Part shown: one piece after another, positions 7,898 to 15,596 of the stretch | Layout: the number at the start of each line of letters is the position of its first letter | Numbering within the stretch: position 1 is the stretch's first letter | Virus record (IMG/VR): IMGVR_UViG_3300022917_000007 | Strand: one strand, 5' to 3' | Source: a virus | Length of the DNA stretch: 35,329 nt | Program-made: the position numbers and the translations under genes | Notes under the pieces: model-generated | What the model saw: the letters and a program-made list of their open reading frames with translations, nothing else | Told to the model about the DNA's origin: nothing | Databases searched by the model: none

Positions 7898-7962
7898 GGG
7901 TGCGGGTCCATTGCGCAGGGGTGCCCGCTTTTCGCGGGGGTGCCTACTCGCTGGCCGGGTGC
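7898..7962. repeat. Four direct copies of GGGTGC(C) spaced 19-21 bp apart in the capsid-upstream spacer
   Basis: GGGTGC starts at 7898, 7919, 7938 and 7957 (minus-strand GGCACCC). A small hairpin CCCGC-ttttc-GCGGG (7924-7938) lies between copies 2 and 3. Confidence 0.7.
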
Positions 7963-7985
7963 CCATCGTGCCGCCCGAGCATAAC

Positions 7986-8657
7986 TCAGGTCTCGTACGG
8001 GGACGGTAATGGGAAGCGTTGACGAATCGCTTCCCCGACCTTGTGGTATTTGAACGAGGCGTCACTCGTCGAGATCCACGGACCACGCGGGACCGGGCCG
8101 GCGCCGGACAGCTTGACGTCGTCCGCCGGCGCGCCGCCGAGATGACAGAGGTTGCCGTACATCGACCGCCACGAGAGCGCCGGATCGATGCGCTGAAATT
8201 CCATCGTGTCCGCGAGCAGACGCCGGCTCATCGTCATCGGCTTGTGCATGGTGTAAGCGAGCGCGTCGCGATAGCCGACCGCCGCGAGCACTGCGGCTGT
8301 CCTGTGCAGCATCGCGCCGTACCGGCCGCCCCGGAGACGGCGCGCGTGCTCGATCAGCATGCCGCGATGCTCGACCGGGGGCGGGCCGGCCACCGGGGAC
8401 ATGCAGAAGAAATCATCGTTGAACAGGACGAATTCGTCCGGGCCGTGCACGCTCAGCATGGTGAACAGGCGCACTGCGTTCGCCTGCTTGTCGTCGAGCA
8501 CCTGCTCGACCGGAAGGTGATCGACCGACCGCGCCCATGTCGGGTGATGGCCAACGAGCAGCACGTTCGTGTGCGGCATGTTGATCAGCGAGCGCAGCGA
8601 GTACCGGAGCTCCTCGTTGTCGTCGCCGCGTCGGACGATGTACGCGACCGTGGTCAC
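7986..8657 (-). CDS. Stealth CR2-like sugar / sugar-phosphate transferase
   Basis: 223 aa from GTG 8657-8655, which overlaps the protease TGA (GTGA). Motifs NEELRYSLRSL ... VLLVGHHPTW ... EFVLFNDDFF match the Stealth/glycosyltransferase signature as I recall it. Confidence 0.55.
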   Translation of the reverse strand: MTTVAYIVRRGDDNEELRYSLRSLINMPHTNVLLVGHHPTWARSVDHLPVEQVLDDKQANAVRLFTMLSVHGPDEFVLFNDDFFCMSPVAGPPPVEHRGMLIEHARRLRGGRYGAMLHRTAAVLAAVGYRDALAYTMHKPMTMSRRLLADTMEFQRIDPALSWRSMYGNLCHLGGAPADDVKLSGAGPVPRGPWISTSDASFKYHKVGEAIRQRFPLPSPYET

Positions 8658-9277
8658 GGCAGAGGTGGCAGCGTGAACTTGGCCAGCTCGATCGCGGTCG
8701 CGGCGCCGCGCAGCTGCGCGAGCTCGTCGCAGCAAGTGCAGCCGTGCACCGCCGCGGTCCGCGGGTCGAGACGGTGGGCGGAGCGAACGCCGGCAATCTC
8801 CGCCTGGTCTCCGTACGCGCCGTCCACCACGAAAGCGATCTCGAACAGGTCGGCCGCGGTGCGCCGGATCACTCCGGAGTTGGTCCGCTGGTTGCCGTGC
8901 GGGCGCTCGCGGAAGCCGATCGAGACCTGACGTAGCGCCTTGTCGTTGACCAGCTCGAGCGTTTCATCGCCCGCCACTGTCTTGCTCACGCGCGCCTCGA
9001 AGTGCAGCCCGTCCGCCTCGTCGGTCAGCGCCCGGACCGAGCCAATCAGGGTGCCACCAAGGTCCACGTGTTCGCGAGCGACCCGCACCCGGTTGGCCGC
9101 GCGCAGCTGGTGATCGAACGCACCGCGGGCGAACTCCTCCGTCAGGCCGTCGTAGATGTGCTGCGGCGCGTCGTACGGCACGGCCACGCCGAACACCGTG
9201 CGGCCGTCGCCGCCGGCGCCCGCGGAGCGCAGCGACAGATCGACGTCGAATTTGCGGGTTAGGAGCGTGGTCGTCAT
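8654..9277 (-). CDS. Prohead (capsid maturation) protease, HK97 family
   Basis: 207-aa ORF with an ATGA overlap to the portal stop. Pattern FGVAVPY...EEFARGAF...REH...IG...GLHFEARV...SIGF is typical of S78/U35 prohead proteases. Confidence 0.8.
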   Translation of the reverse strand: MTTTLLTRKFDVDLSLRSAGAGGDGRTVFGVAVPYDAPQHIYDGLTEEFARGAFDHQLRAANRVRVAREHVDLGGTLIGSVRALTDEADGLHFEARVSKTVAGDETLELVNDKALRQVSIGFRERPHGNQRTNSGVIRRTAADLFEIAFVVDGAYGDQAEIAGVRSAHRLDPRTAAVHGCTCCDELAQLRGAATAIELAKFTLPPLP

Positions 9278-10521
9278 GGCTCGATCACCTCAGTTTCGGG
9301 ATTTGGTTCGGTGGTCGGGGCGTTCGGGTCGCCCGGCTTGGCGCCGGTCGGGGCCGGCATGGTCGCGTCGTCGATCCCCTTGACCTGTGGGTACCGCTCG
9401 CGTGCTCGGACCTCGCTCGGCAGCAGCCAGGGCTTCCCGCCGGTTGCCACGTTGTACGCGCCGTAGCGGCTCACGGTGTCGCTGGCGAGCAGACCATCGA
9501 GGTCGGGCTCGACGAACACGCCGCGGGGGAAGCACTGCGTCCACGTCTCTTTGAACGCGGTCAGGTGGTCGGTGAGCGTGAACTTGATCAAGTTGATCGC
9601 GTCCTGCTCGATGTTGCTGTACTGCTTGGTATTCGTGCTCCCTCCGAGCCACCCGACCGGCAGACCGAAGATCAGTTCGAGCTCGGACAGCGAGAACTTC
9701 CGCGCCTCGATCAGCTGCGCTTCCTCGGGATTCCACGCCAGCGGCTCGAACGACGTCGACGCGTTTAGCACGGCCACGGTGCGAAGTCGCTGAGTTTCCA
9801 GCCACTTCGCCTTCATGTCCTTCGCCTCGTCCGCGGTGAGATCCGGGTTCTCCGACTTGAGCACGCCGGTCGGAACGCCCTTGATCGTGTGTGCGTCGGC
9901 CGAGAGGGTCTGCGCCCCGCGCAGGGTCGGCAAGTGCGCTTCGAGCACGCCCATCCCGCGAAGCTCGCCCGGCGCGCACGGTCCCTTGACGTGAAAGATC
10001 TCCTGCGAGGTGAAGCGCAGATCGCCAATCAGATACTCGATCGCTCCGATCGGCAGGGGATAATTTCGCTCGTCGACACGCCGGACATACACGCTCGACG
10101 CCGGCACGGGCACGATGGCCGTTGGCCAGTTGGCCCGGTCCCGCGCGGCGTAGACGCCGATCGCGTTGCCTTCCCACAGGTAATCGAGCGCCAGGGATCG
10201 GAACGTCGAGAACCGCGTCTCGGGCGGCGCGGGCTGCTCGAGCAGCGCGGGCGCCGGCGTGACCAACCGCGGTGCCGGATCGTCTCCGGCCGCGCGACGG
10301 TACGCGTGCCAGGGCATCGAGCCGAGCAGTCCGCTGAGCAGCAGGCTGGCCCGCCACGCGCCCGGCACGCTCATGCCCGAGCCGTACGCGGACGTCGGCC
10401 AGTCGGGCGCGATGTTGCCGTACACCGTGAAGGAGTCGAGCAACTGCTCGGTCGTCAGGTCGTACGCGTCGTACCGGGTGCCTCCCGACGGCACCGACCG
10501 CATCAGCTTGCCGAGCCCCAT
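9274..10521 (-). CDS. Portal protein
   Basis: 415-aa ORF between the terminase large subunit region and the prohead protease. Size and position fit an HK97-type portal. Confidence 0.8.
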   Translation of the reverse strand: MGLGKLMRSVPSGGTRYDAYDLTTEQLLDSFTVYGNIAPDWPTSAYGSGMSVPGAWRASLLLSGLLGSMPWHAYRRAAGDDPAPRLVTPAPALLEQPAPPETRFSTFRSLALDYLWEGNAIGVYAARDRANWPTAIVPVPASSVYVRRVDERNYPLPIGAIEYLIGDLRFTSQEIFHVKGPCAPGELRGMGVLEAHLPTLRGAQTLSADAHTIKGVPTGVLKSENPDLTADEAKDMKAKWLETQRLRTVAVLNASTSFEPLAWNPEEAQLIEARKFSLSELELIFGLPVGWLGGSTNTKQYSNIEQDAINLIKFTLTDHLTAFKETWTQCFPRGVFVEPDLDGLLASDTVSRYGAYNVATGGKPWLLPSEVRARERYPQVKGIDDATMPAPTGAKPGDPNAPTTEPNPETEVIEP

Positions 10522-10884
10522 CTAGATCCGCCCCATCTCGCGCAGCGTGCCCACCGCGACCGTAGCGACGCTCGCTGCGATCAGGGTAGCCGGAACCCCC
10601 GCGAGCAGGTACAGGCCGCTCAGCGTGCCCACCGCGCCGGCCAGCTGCACGGCGCCGGCCGTGACCCGCGAGCGCAACGTGCGCCGGACCGGCTGATTCA
10701 CGCTGACCTCGATAGCCGAGTACGCCACGCCGAGATAACCCGCGAGCGCCTCGACCAACAAGGGCGCCGCGTTGCCGAGCTTGTCGATCTTGATCACGGG
10801 CGCGTCGCGCGGCAACGCGGGCACGCTGACGTGCCACTCGCCACGCCGGCGCCGAACCTCGGTACGGTATCTGACGATATTCAC
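10522..10884 (-). CDS. HicB-like N-terminal domain fused to a hydrophobic C-terminal region (function unknown)
   Basis: 120-aa ORF with GTG 10884-10882 after AGGGGAGA. N terminus YRTEVRRRRGEWHVSVPALP...LLVEALAGYLGV resembles the HicB/UPF0150 fold pattern. The C-terminal 50 aa are Ala/Gly/Val/Leu-rich (probable TM). Confidence 0.4.
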   Translation of the reverse strand: MNIVRYRTEVRRRRGEWHVSVPALPRDAPVIKIDKLGNAAPLLVEALAGYLGVAYSAIEVSVNQPVRRTLRSRVTAGAVQLAGAVGTLSGLYLLAGVPATLIAASVATVAVGTLREMGRI

Positions 10885-10892
10885 AATCTCCC

Positions 10893-12503
10893 CTAAAACA
10901 CTCGGCTGCGCGGCTTGACCGGCTCTTTGACGGGCGGGTCGAGCTCGCTCGCGAATATCGCACTGCTGAGCGCCGGCGCGCAGTCGATCCGACGCCGGGC
11001 CTTGCCCTTCCGCAGACGCCAGCCGCCGTCGCCCGACTGCGGCACGGCGCTGGCGATCTGGTCTGAGAAGTCCGGCGCGCCGTCGTGAATCAGCGCGCCG
11101 TCAACGATGACGCGGTACGTCTTGGCGTACGCGATCACCATATTCCGCCCCTGCTGCGGCATGCGGAACGTGGGGACAGGCTTGATCCCTTTGCCCGTGT
11201 CGCCTTTTTCGAGCTGCGGCAGGGTCGGCCACCACGCTTCGTCGGCCGCGAGCCACTGCACGTCGCACGTGTCGTTGATCATCCTGATATACGCGTCCGG
11301 GCCGTCCGGGCCGTCCTGCTCGATCAGCTCGCCGTCGGGAAACCAAATCTTGGCGCTCGCCTGCAGCCGTCCGTCGGGGCGCTTCTGCAGCACGACCACC
11401 GCGGCCGAGTCGCGCTTAAGGGCCATGTCCGCACCGATCCACGTCGGCAGATCGGGATCGATCTCGACGGTTCCCTTGCACTGATCCCACGCGCCGACCG
11501 GCAGCCACGACTCGTCGCTTGGTACCCATTGATTCCAGTAGTACCGCTTTGCCCTGCTAACGGGCATTCCGCGGAATTTGCGCAAGAGCTTCTGGACGTT
11601 GGCCACGCCGCGGGCCGCGAGCGGGTTGGCCTGCTTGATACCCGTGATCACGTCGTCATCGCTCAGCGGATCGAGTCCGTCGACCGCTTCCATCACGATG
11701 AAGAGCTCGTTGCGCGAGAACTCACCGCGGCGGCCGCGGGCGACCAGGCGGCCGAAGAACGTCATCATGTCGTTCCCCGCGGTCGACGCGTACAGCACGA
11801 GTCCGTTCTCGCGCTTAGTCGTGCCGCCGCCGGCCACCTCGATCGCGCGCTCTTGGTTCTCGGTGGTGAGCTCGTGCACTTCGTCAACGAGCAGGGTCGG
11901 TCGCTTCGAGCCGTCCGCCCGGCGCGGCGTGGCCGGGATTCGGCGCGCGTCCGCCTTCCGATCCTTCATCACGACCTCGCCCTTCTGGGCGTTGGCGCGG
12001 CCTTTCATCGGCGCCTTTTCGTGCTCGAAGCTGGCGCGCATCTCGTCGAGCACGAGGTCTGCCTGCTCGTACGAGCTGGCCATGTTGGTGACGCCAGCGC
12101 TCGCCCGGGCCTGACCGCGGGGGTTGCCGTTGGGCGCCCACTCCCTGAAGATCCGGCAGTCCGACGCGATTTCGATGCAGCCGATCCACGCGAGCAGCGG
12201 CGACTTTCCCGACCCCTTGCCGAGCGAGATCGTGGCCATCTCGAACCGGAACGTGCCGTCGTCTTCGAGCTCGGCCAGCTTCCAGAAGATCGCCTGCTGT
12301 TCGGGTGTCATCCGGGCCGGCCGGCCGTACGCGTCGCCCTCTCCCATCACGCACTTGTCGTGCACGAACCGAACCCACGTCGGACCGAGCGTCCGTGTCC
12401 GGCGCGGAAGCGGCCCATTATTTCCACCGGTCAGCTTCTTGAGAAACAGTGGATCGCACTGTATAAGCAGCTGCTCACGCGTCAGCGGCACGACGGAGAT
12501 CAT
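10893..12503 (-). CDS. Terminase large subunit
   Basis: 536-aa ORF with ATG 12503-12501 after AAAGGAG. Walker A-like SLGKGSGKSPLLA, Walker B-like LLVDEVHE, and a C-terminal nuclease-sized domain. Confidence 0.9.
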   Translation of the reverse strand: MISVVPLTREQLLIQCDPLFLKKLTGGNNGPLPRRTRTLGPTWVRFVHDKCVMGEGDAYGRPARMTPEQQAIFWKLAELEDDGTFRFEMATISLGKGSGKSPLLAWIGCIEIASDCRIFREWAPNGNPRGQARASAGVTNMASSYEQADLVLDEMRASFEHEKAPMKGRANAQKGEVVMKDRKADARRIPATPRRADGSKRPTLLVDEVHELTTENQERAIEVAGGGTTKRENGLVLYASTAGNDMMTFFGRLVARGRRGEFSRNELFIVMEAVDGLDPLSDDDVITGIKQANPLAARGVANVQKLLRKFRGMPVSRAKRYYWNQWVPSDESWLPVGAWDQCKGTVEIDPDLPTWIGADMALKRDSAAVVVLQKRPDGRLQASAKIWFPDGELIEQDGPDGPDAYIRMINDTCDVQWLAADEAWWPTLPQLEKGDTGKGIKPVPTFRMPQQGRNMVIAYAKTYRVIVDGALIHDGAPDFSDQIASAVPQSGDGGWRLRKGKARRRIDCAPALSSAIFASELDPPVKEPVKPRSRVF

Positions 12504-12658
12504 GACGCTCCTTTCCGGACAAGACAGCGCGCCGCCGGGGTCAGGGGAGGCCGGCGTCGGATCCGCCGGGCCGTGTCGCGATACCGACGCTCCGCCGCGT
12601 GATCACCGTTCCGGCACGCTCCCCAGGCGGCGGCCATCCACAACACCGCGGTCGTCAT
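12500..12658 (-). CDS. Small hypothetical protein (52 aa), translationally coupled on both sides
   Basis: ATG 12658-12656 overlaps the TGA of the upstream small ORF (ATGA). Its own TGA overlaps the TerL ATG (ATGA). About 75 percent G/C third positions. Confidence 0.5.
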   Translation of the reverse strand: MTTAVLWMAAAWGACRNGDHAAERRYRDTARRIRRRPPLTPAARCLVRKGAS

Positions 12659-12798
12659 CGGCTGACGAACGCAATGCATCGCGGACACGCGGTGCCCGAC
12701 GCGCCGGCCGCGAGGCGATCGACCTTGTACCCGCAGACGGTCAGCTTGGCGTACCGGAAGCGGAGATGAATCAGGCCGGCGGCGCCCCGGGTGAGCAC
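12655..12798 (-). CDS. Small Cys-containing hypothetical protein (47 aa, possible Zn-ribbon)
   Basis: GTG 12798-12796 lies 4 nt after the TerS stop. Peptide VLTRGAAGLIHLRFRYAKLTVCGYKVDRLAAGASGTACPRCIAFVSR. 40 of 47 codons end in G/C. It is too short to appear in the ORF track. Confidence 0.45.
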   Translation of the reverse strand: MLTRGAAGLIHLRFRYAKLTVCGYKVDRLAAGASGTACPRCIAFVSR

Positions 12799-12802
12799 CT
12801 TC

Positions 12803-13297
12803 TCAGTCGTCAGCATCGTCTCTCTCCTGCTCGGCCGCGCTCGCCTTCTGTGCCGCCAACACGGCCGCGCCGATCACCATCCGGCCGCGGGGGGTGATCC
12901 CGAGCGTCTGTTCGAGCTGCCGGATCTCCGCGGCGAAGCTCAGCGCGTTACGCGCCCACCCCGGATCGAACTCCACGTCTTCGCGCGCATCTTCGAGCCA
13001 ATCGATGTGCTGCTCAAGGGCGCCAAACATCTTGTGCTGCAAGTGATACAGCCGAAACAGACGCGTCATCGGTTCGAGATCGCTGACCGGATCGAGCACG
13101 GCCGCCACGGGCGACGTCCAGATACCGGCCCACCGATCGACGAGCTCGGGGGGCAGCTTGCTGAGCTGACGCGGCAGGGCCGGCACGGCGAAGGTGGCGC
13201 CGGCCAGCTCGACCGGCGCCCCTCGGTGGCCGGCGCGCTCGTCGGCCGGCTTGGCGTGGCTCAACTCGGGCACCTTGCCCCGAGGGGGTGCTCCCAT
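12803..13297 (-). CDS. Terminase small subunit (P27-family-like)
   Basis: 164-aa ORF upstream of TerL. The C-terminal LEQTLGITPRGRMVIG motif is typical of P27-type small terminases. The start is ambiguous: ATG 13297, GTG ~13273, or a TTG overlapping the upstream TGA at ~13264. Confidence 0.65.
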   Translation of the reverse strand: MGAPPRGKVPELSHAKPADERAGHRGAPVELAGATFAVPALPRQLSKLPPELVDRWAGIWTSPVAAVLDPVSDLEPMTRLFRLYHLQHKMFGALEQHIDWLEDAREDVEFDPGWARNALSFAAEIRQLEQTLGITPRGRMVIGAAVLAAQKASAAEQERDDADD

Positions 13298-13707
13298 GAG
13301 TAGTCGCCGCAGTTACACATGGATGCGCGCGCGGGCAGCTCGCAGAGCTCGACAATCTGATGCGCAACGAGCGCAGCCGGATCGTCAACGGTCGGGTCAG
13401 ATGCCGCGAGATACTCCTGCGCGACGCGCAGCTGCGTCACGGTCGGGCGGGCGCCCGAGTTGAGCCGGTAGCCGAACGCCATCGGCTCGACCACGGGCAG
13501 CGCGATCGTGCGCTCGTCGAGCGTGTGGGCGGCCGGCCGCGGGCACGCTGGCGCCGGCGCGTATTCGAGCTGCGAGGCGATGGCAACCCACGCGTGGATC
13601 AGGCCGGTAAGTGCGTCCACCACATCGGGCATGCCCGCGTCGGCCGCCCGGAGCGCAGCCTTCCACGCGTTTTCCATCGCGGCGCGGTGCGTCATCTCGA
13701 TGGTCAC
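13261..13707 (-). CDS. Hypothetical protein
   Basis: GTG 13707-13705 overlaps the upstream TGA (GTGA); the alternative start is ATG 13694. The C terminus carries a CNCGDYSWEHPLGARC Cys cluster. Confidence 0.7.
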   Translation of the reverse strand: MTIEMTHRAAMENAWKAALRAADAGMPDVVDALTGLIHAWVAIASQLEYAPAPACPRPAAHTLDERTIALPVVEPMAFGYRLNSGARPTVTQLRVAQEYLAASDPTVDDPAALVAHQIVELCELPARASMCNCGDYSWEHPLGARCPS

Positions 13708-14432
13708 GATTCGTCTCCCTTTCGCTCGGCCTGGATCTCGATGCGCGCCCGGGCAACCGCCTCGTGAACGTCCGGGCGGCGGCACCCGCAGCGCTCGGCC
13801 AGCTGCGTTGCGAGCCCTTGGACGTTGTCCGATTCGTCCTCGGAGGCGCTCTCGGCGTACTTCGAGAATCCGACGCGAGCGCGCTCGATACCCTCAGCGA
13901 AATTCTCCGACACTGGGCGGGAAAAAGAAGTGGAAGGGCGCGGATCTACCGGCCGACCCCGCTCCGAAAAAAATCGGTCCGCATTTTCATCCGAATTTCT
14001 CAAAATGTTTTGAGATTCGTTCTTGCCCTTCATTAATGCGATGCATTCACTGCATGTAACACGGACGGGGTTGTATGTCACACGGACGGTGCCAACGTGC
14101 CTGATGTGCGGCCTGTCAATGGTGCAGATCGGGATGGGTAGCTCGTCATCTGCGTAGTGCACGACCATCACCGTTCGCATCCACTCAACAGGATTGGGCA
14201 ACGGCGCATCGGGACCGCAACACACCACTACCAAGCGGAAGCCGGGCACGCCATCCTTGTACGACGTGGTGTAGATGCGTGCATCCATGTCGTACCTGTC
14301 CAGCACGGACACGGGCTGAGCGCCATCGTGAAGCGCCTGATCCCAGCGTGATGCGAAGATCGAGCCACCACCACGCGCAACATAATCCGTGATCACCGAG
14401 CGCTTCACAGCAGCACCCACAATGCAGCGCAT
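13704..14432 (-). CDS. Hypothetical protein with atypical composition and an internal AT-rich island
   Basis: 242-aa ORF (alternative GTG start at 14408). Third-position G+C is visibly lower than in neighbouring genes. The segment 13921-14050 is AT-rich and palindromic. Confidence 0.65.
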   Translation of the reverse strand: MRCIVGAAVKRSVITDYVARGGGSIFASRWDQALHDGAQPVSVLDRYDMDARIYTTSYKDGVPGFRLVVVCCGPDAPLPNPVEWMRTVMVVHYADDELPIPICTIDRPHIRHVGTVRVTYNPVRVTCSECIALMKGKNESQNILRNSDENADRFFSERGRPVDPRPSTSFSRPVSENFAEGIERARVGFSKYAESASEDESDNVQGLATQLAERCGCRRPDVHEAVARARIEIQAERKGDES

Positions 14433-14479
14433 GCGAGGTAGGCCACGCCTACCACCATCGTCAACGGATTGATGATCAC
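14405..14479 (-). CDS. Possible 24-aa hydrophobic micro-ORF
   Basis: GTG 14479-14477 overlaps the upstream TGA. Peptide VIINPLTMVVGVAYLACAALWVLL. Its TGA (14407-14405) overlaps a GTG (14408) in the frame of the next gene. Third-position G/C is better than in the competing frame. Confidence 0.3.
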   Translation of the reverse strand: MIINPLTMVVGVAYLACAALWVLL

Positions 14480-14850
14480 AGCAACCCCGCTCCTTTCGCC
14501 CACTCGATGCTCAGGTCCCCCGTTGCGCGCTGCTTGGCCACGCATACCGCGCACGCCAGCCTGCTACCGGGTGAGCGCATCACCGTGCCGTCGTCGAAGC
14601 GCACGTATGCCTGCGTCACCACGCCGATAATCTCGCCCGGGATCCACTCGTGCCCGCACGAGCAACACTCCCCGTTCTCGCGTGCAGCCCACATGGATCC
14701 CGTATTGCCGACCAGCACCATGAGCGCGGTCATGTCGACGTCGAAACGTCGACGGCTCTTGATCGGCTTCTTCACGATCATGCCCAGAAAAGCGGCTGCC
14801 AGCGCCACCATCACGAGCATTACCACGATCTCGATCACGATCTCGGTCAT
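14476..14850 (-). CDS. Membrane-anchored Cys-rich hypothetical protein
   Basis: 124-aa ORF with ATG 14850-14848 after GGGAGA. N-terminal TM segment (IVIEIVVMLVMVALAAAFLGMIV), then CCSCGHEW ... CAVC. Confidence 0.75.
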   Translation of the reverse strand: MTEIVIEIVVMLVMVALAAAFLGMIVKKPIKSRRRFDVDMTALMVLVGNTGSMWAARENGECCSCGHEWIPGEIIGVVTQAYVRFDDGTVMRSPGSRLACAVCVAKQRATGDLSIEWAKGAGLL

Positions 14851-14863
14851 TCGTCTGTCTCCC

Positions 14864-15256
14864 TCAGACTGGCAATCTGGCGAGGATGCGCTCGGCGAGC
14901 AGGACGGCCGCGTGCGCCGGCGCCAGCCCGCTGTGCACCCACTCGGTGAGCGTGCGGTTCCCCTTGCTCGTGTTGCACCGTGCGCACGCGGTCAGCGTGT
15001 TGTCGAGCTGCGAGATGCCCCCGCGGCTGTGCGGCACGACGTGATCGCCTGTCCGGCCCGGCCCGCCGCAGTACCGGCACCGGTAGTTGTCGCGGCGCAG
15101 CGCCATCTCGCGCACGAGCCCCCAATTCGGCCCGTAGACCGCCGAGACGACACTAGGACGATTTGGGCGATACCCGCCCTTCTTGGGATGCTTCGGGCAA
15201 TTCCCGTTCGGCGCGGGCTTTCGACAGACGCCGCAGGGGCGAAGGGGCGAACCCAT
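14864..15256 (-). CDS. HNH endonuclease
   Basis: 130-aa ORF. N-terminal CGVC...CPKH, then YRCRYCGG...GDHVVPHSRGG...NTLTACARCNTSKG (an H-N-H core with flanking Cys pairs). HNH genes near terminase genes are typical of HK97-like packaging modules. Confidence 0.9.
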   Translation of the reverse strand: MGSPLRPCGVCRKPAPNGNCPKHPKKGGYRPNRPSVVSAVYGPNWGLVREMALRRDNYRCRYCGGPGRTGDHVVPHSRGGISQLDNTLTACARCNTSKGNRTLTEWVHSGLAPAHAAVLLAERILARLPV

Positions 15257-15536
15257 TTTCGATCCTTTCCTTCAAATAGCGGTCTACGTCCCGTCTGTCC
15301 CAAATTCGACCGTTCTTGAGCCTCGCGATCGGCTCGGGGAGGTCCCGGTAGTTGCAGATCGCGCCCGGCGTGACGCCGGCCATCTCGGCGAATTCGGCAA
15401 CGCCTACGAGTCGCAGGCGGTCCGTTTCGGGGTCGAGCAGGCCAGCCCGACGCAGAAGCTCCAACACGCTGCGTGCCTGCTCTTCGGTCGCGCCGTCGCC
15501 GAGCGCGTGCCGAACCCGACCGACACCGACAGACAT
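15153..15536 (-). CDS. Helix-turn-helix DNA-binding protein (MerR/excisionase-like)
   Basis: 127-aa ORF with ATG 15536-15534 after GAGAGGGA. Segment VGVAEFAEMAGVTPGAICNYRDLPEPIARLKNGRIWDRRDVDRYL looks like an excisionase-type winged HTH. Its 3' end overlaps the HNH gene by 104 nt. Confidence 0.55.
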   Translation of the reverse strand: MSVGVGRVRHALGDGATEEQARSVLELLRRAGLLDPETDRLRLVGVAEFAEMAGVTPGAICNYRDLPEPIARLKNGRIWDRRDVDRYLKERIENGFAPSPLRRLSKARAERELPEASQEGRVSPKSS

Positions 15537-15596
15537 TTTTTTCGGTCCCTCTCGATGCGCTGACCTGCAAACACTCCCGTTAAGACTAAACGGAGC

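Noticed and set aside
7896-7959. G-quadruplex formed by the G-runs of the capsid-upstream repeats
   Set aside because: The G-runs are on the non-transcribed (plus) strand and are separated by 11-15-nt loops. The mRNA strand is C-rich, so a functional RNA G4 is not possible and a DNA G4 would be weak.
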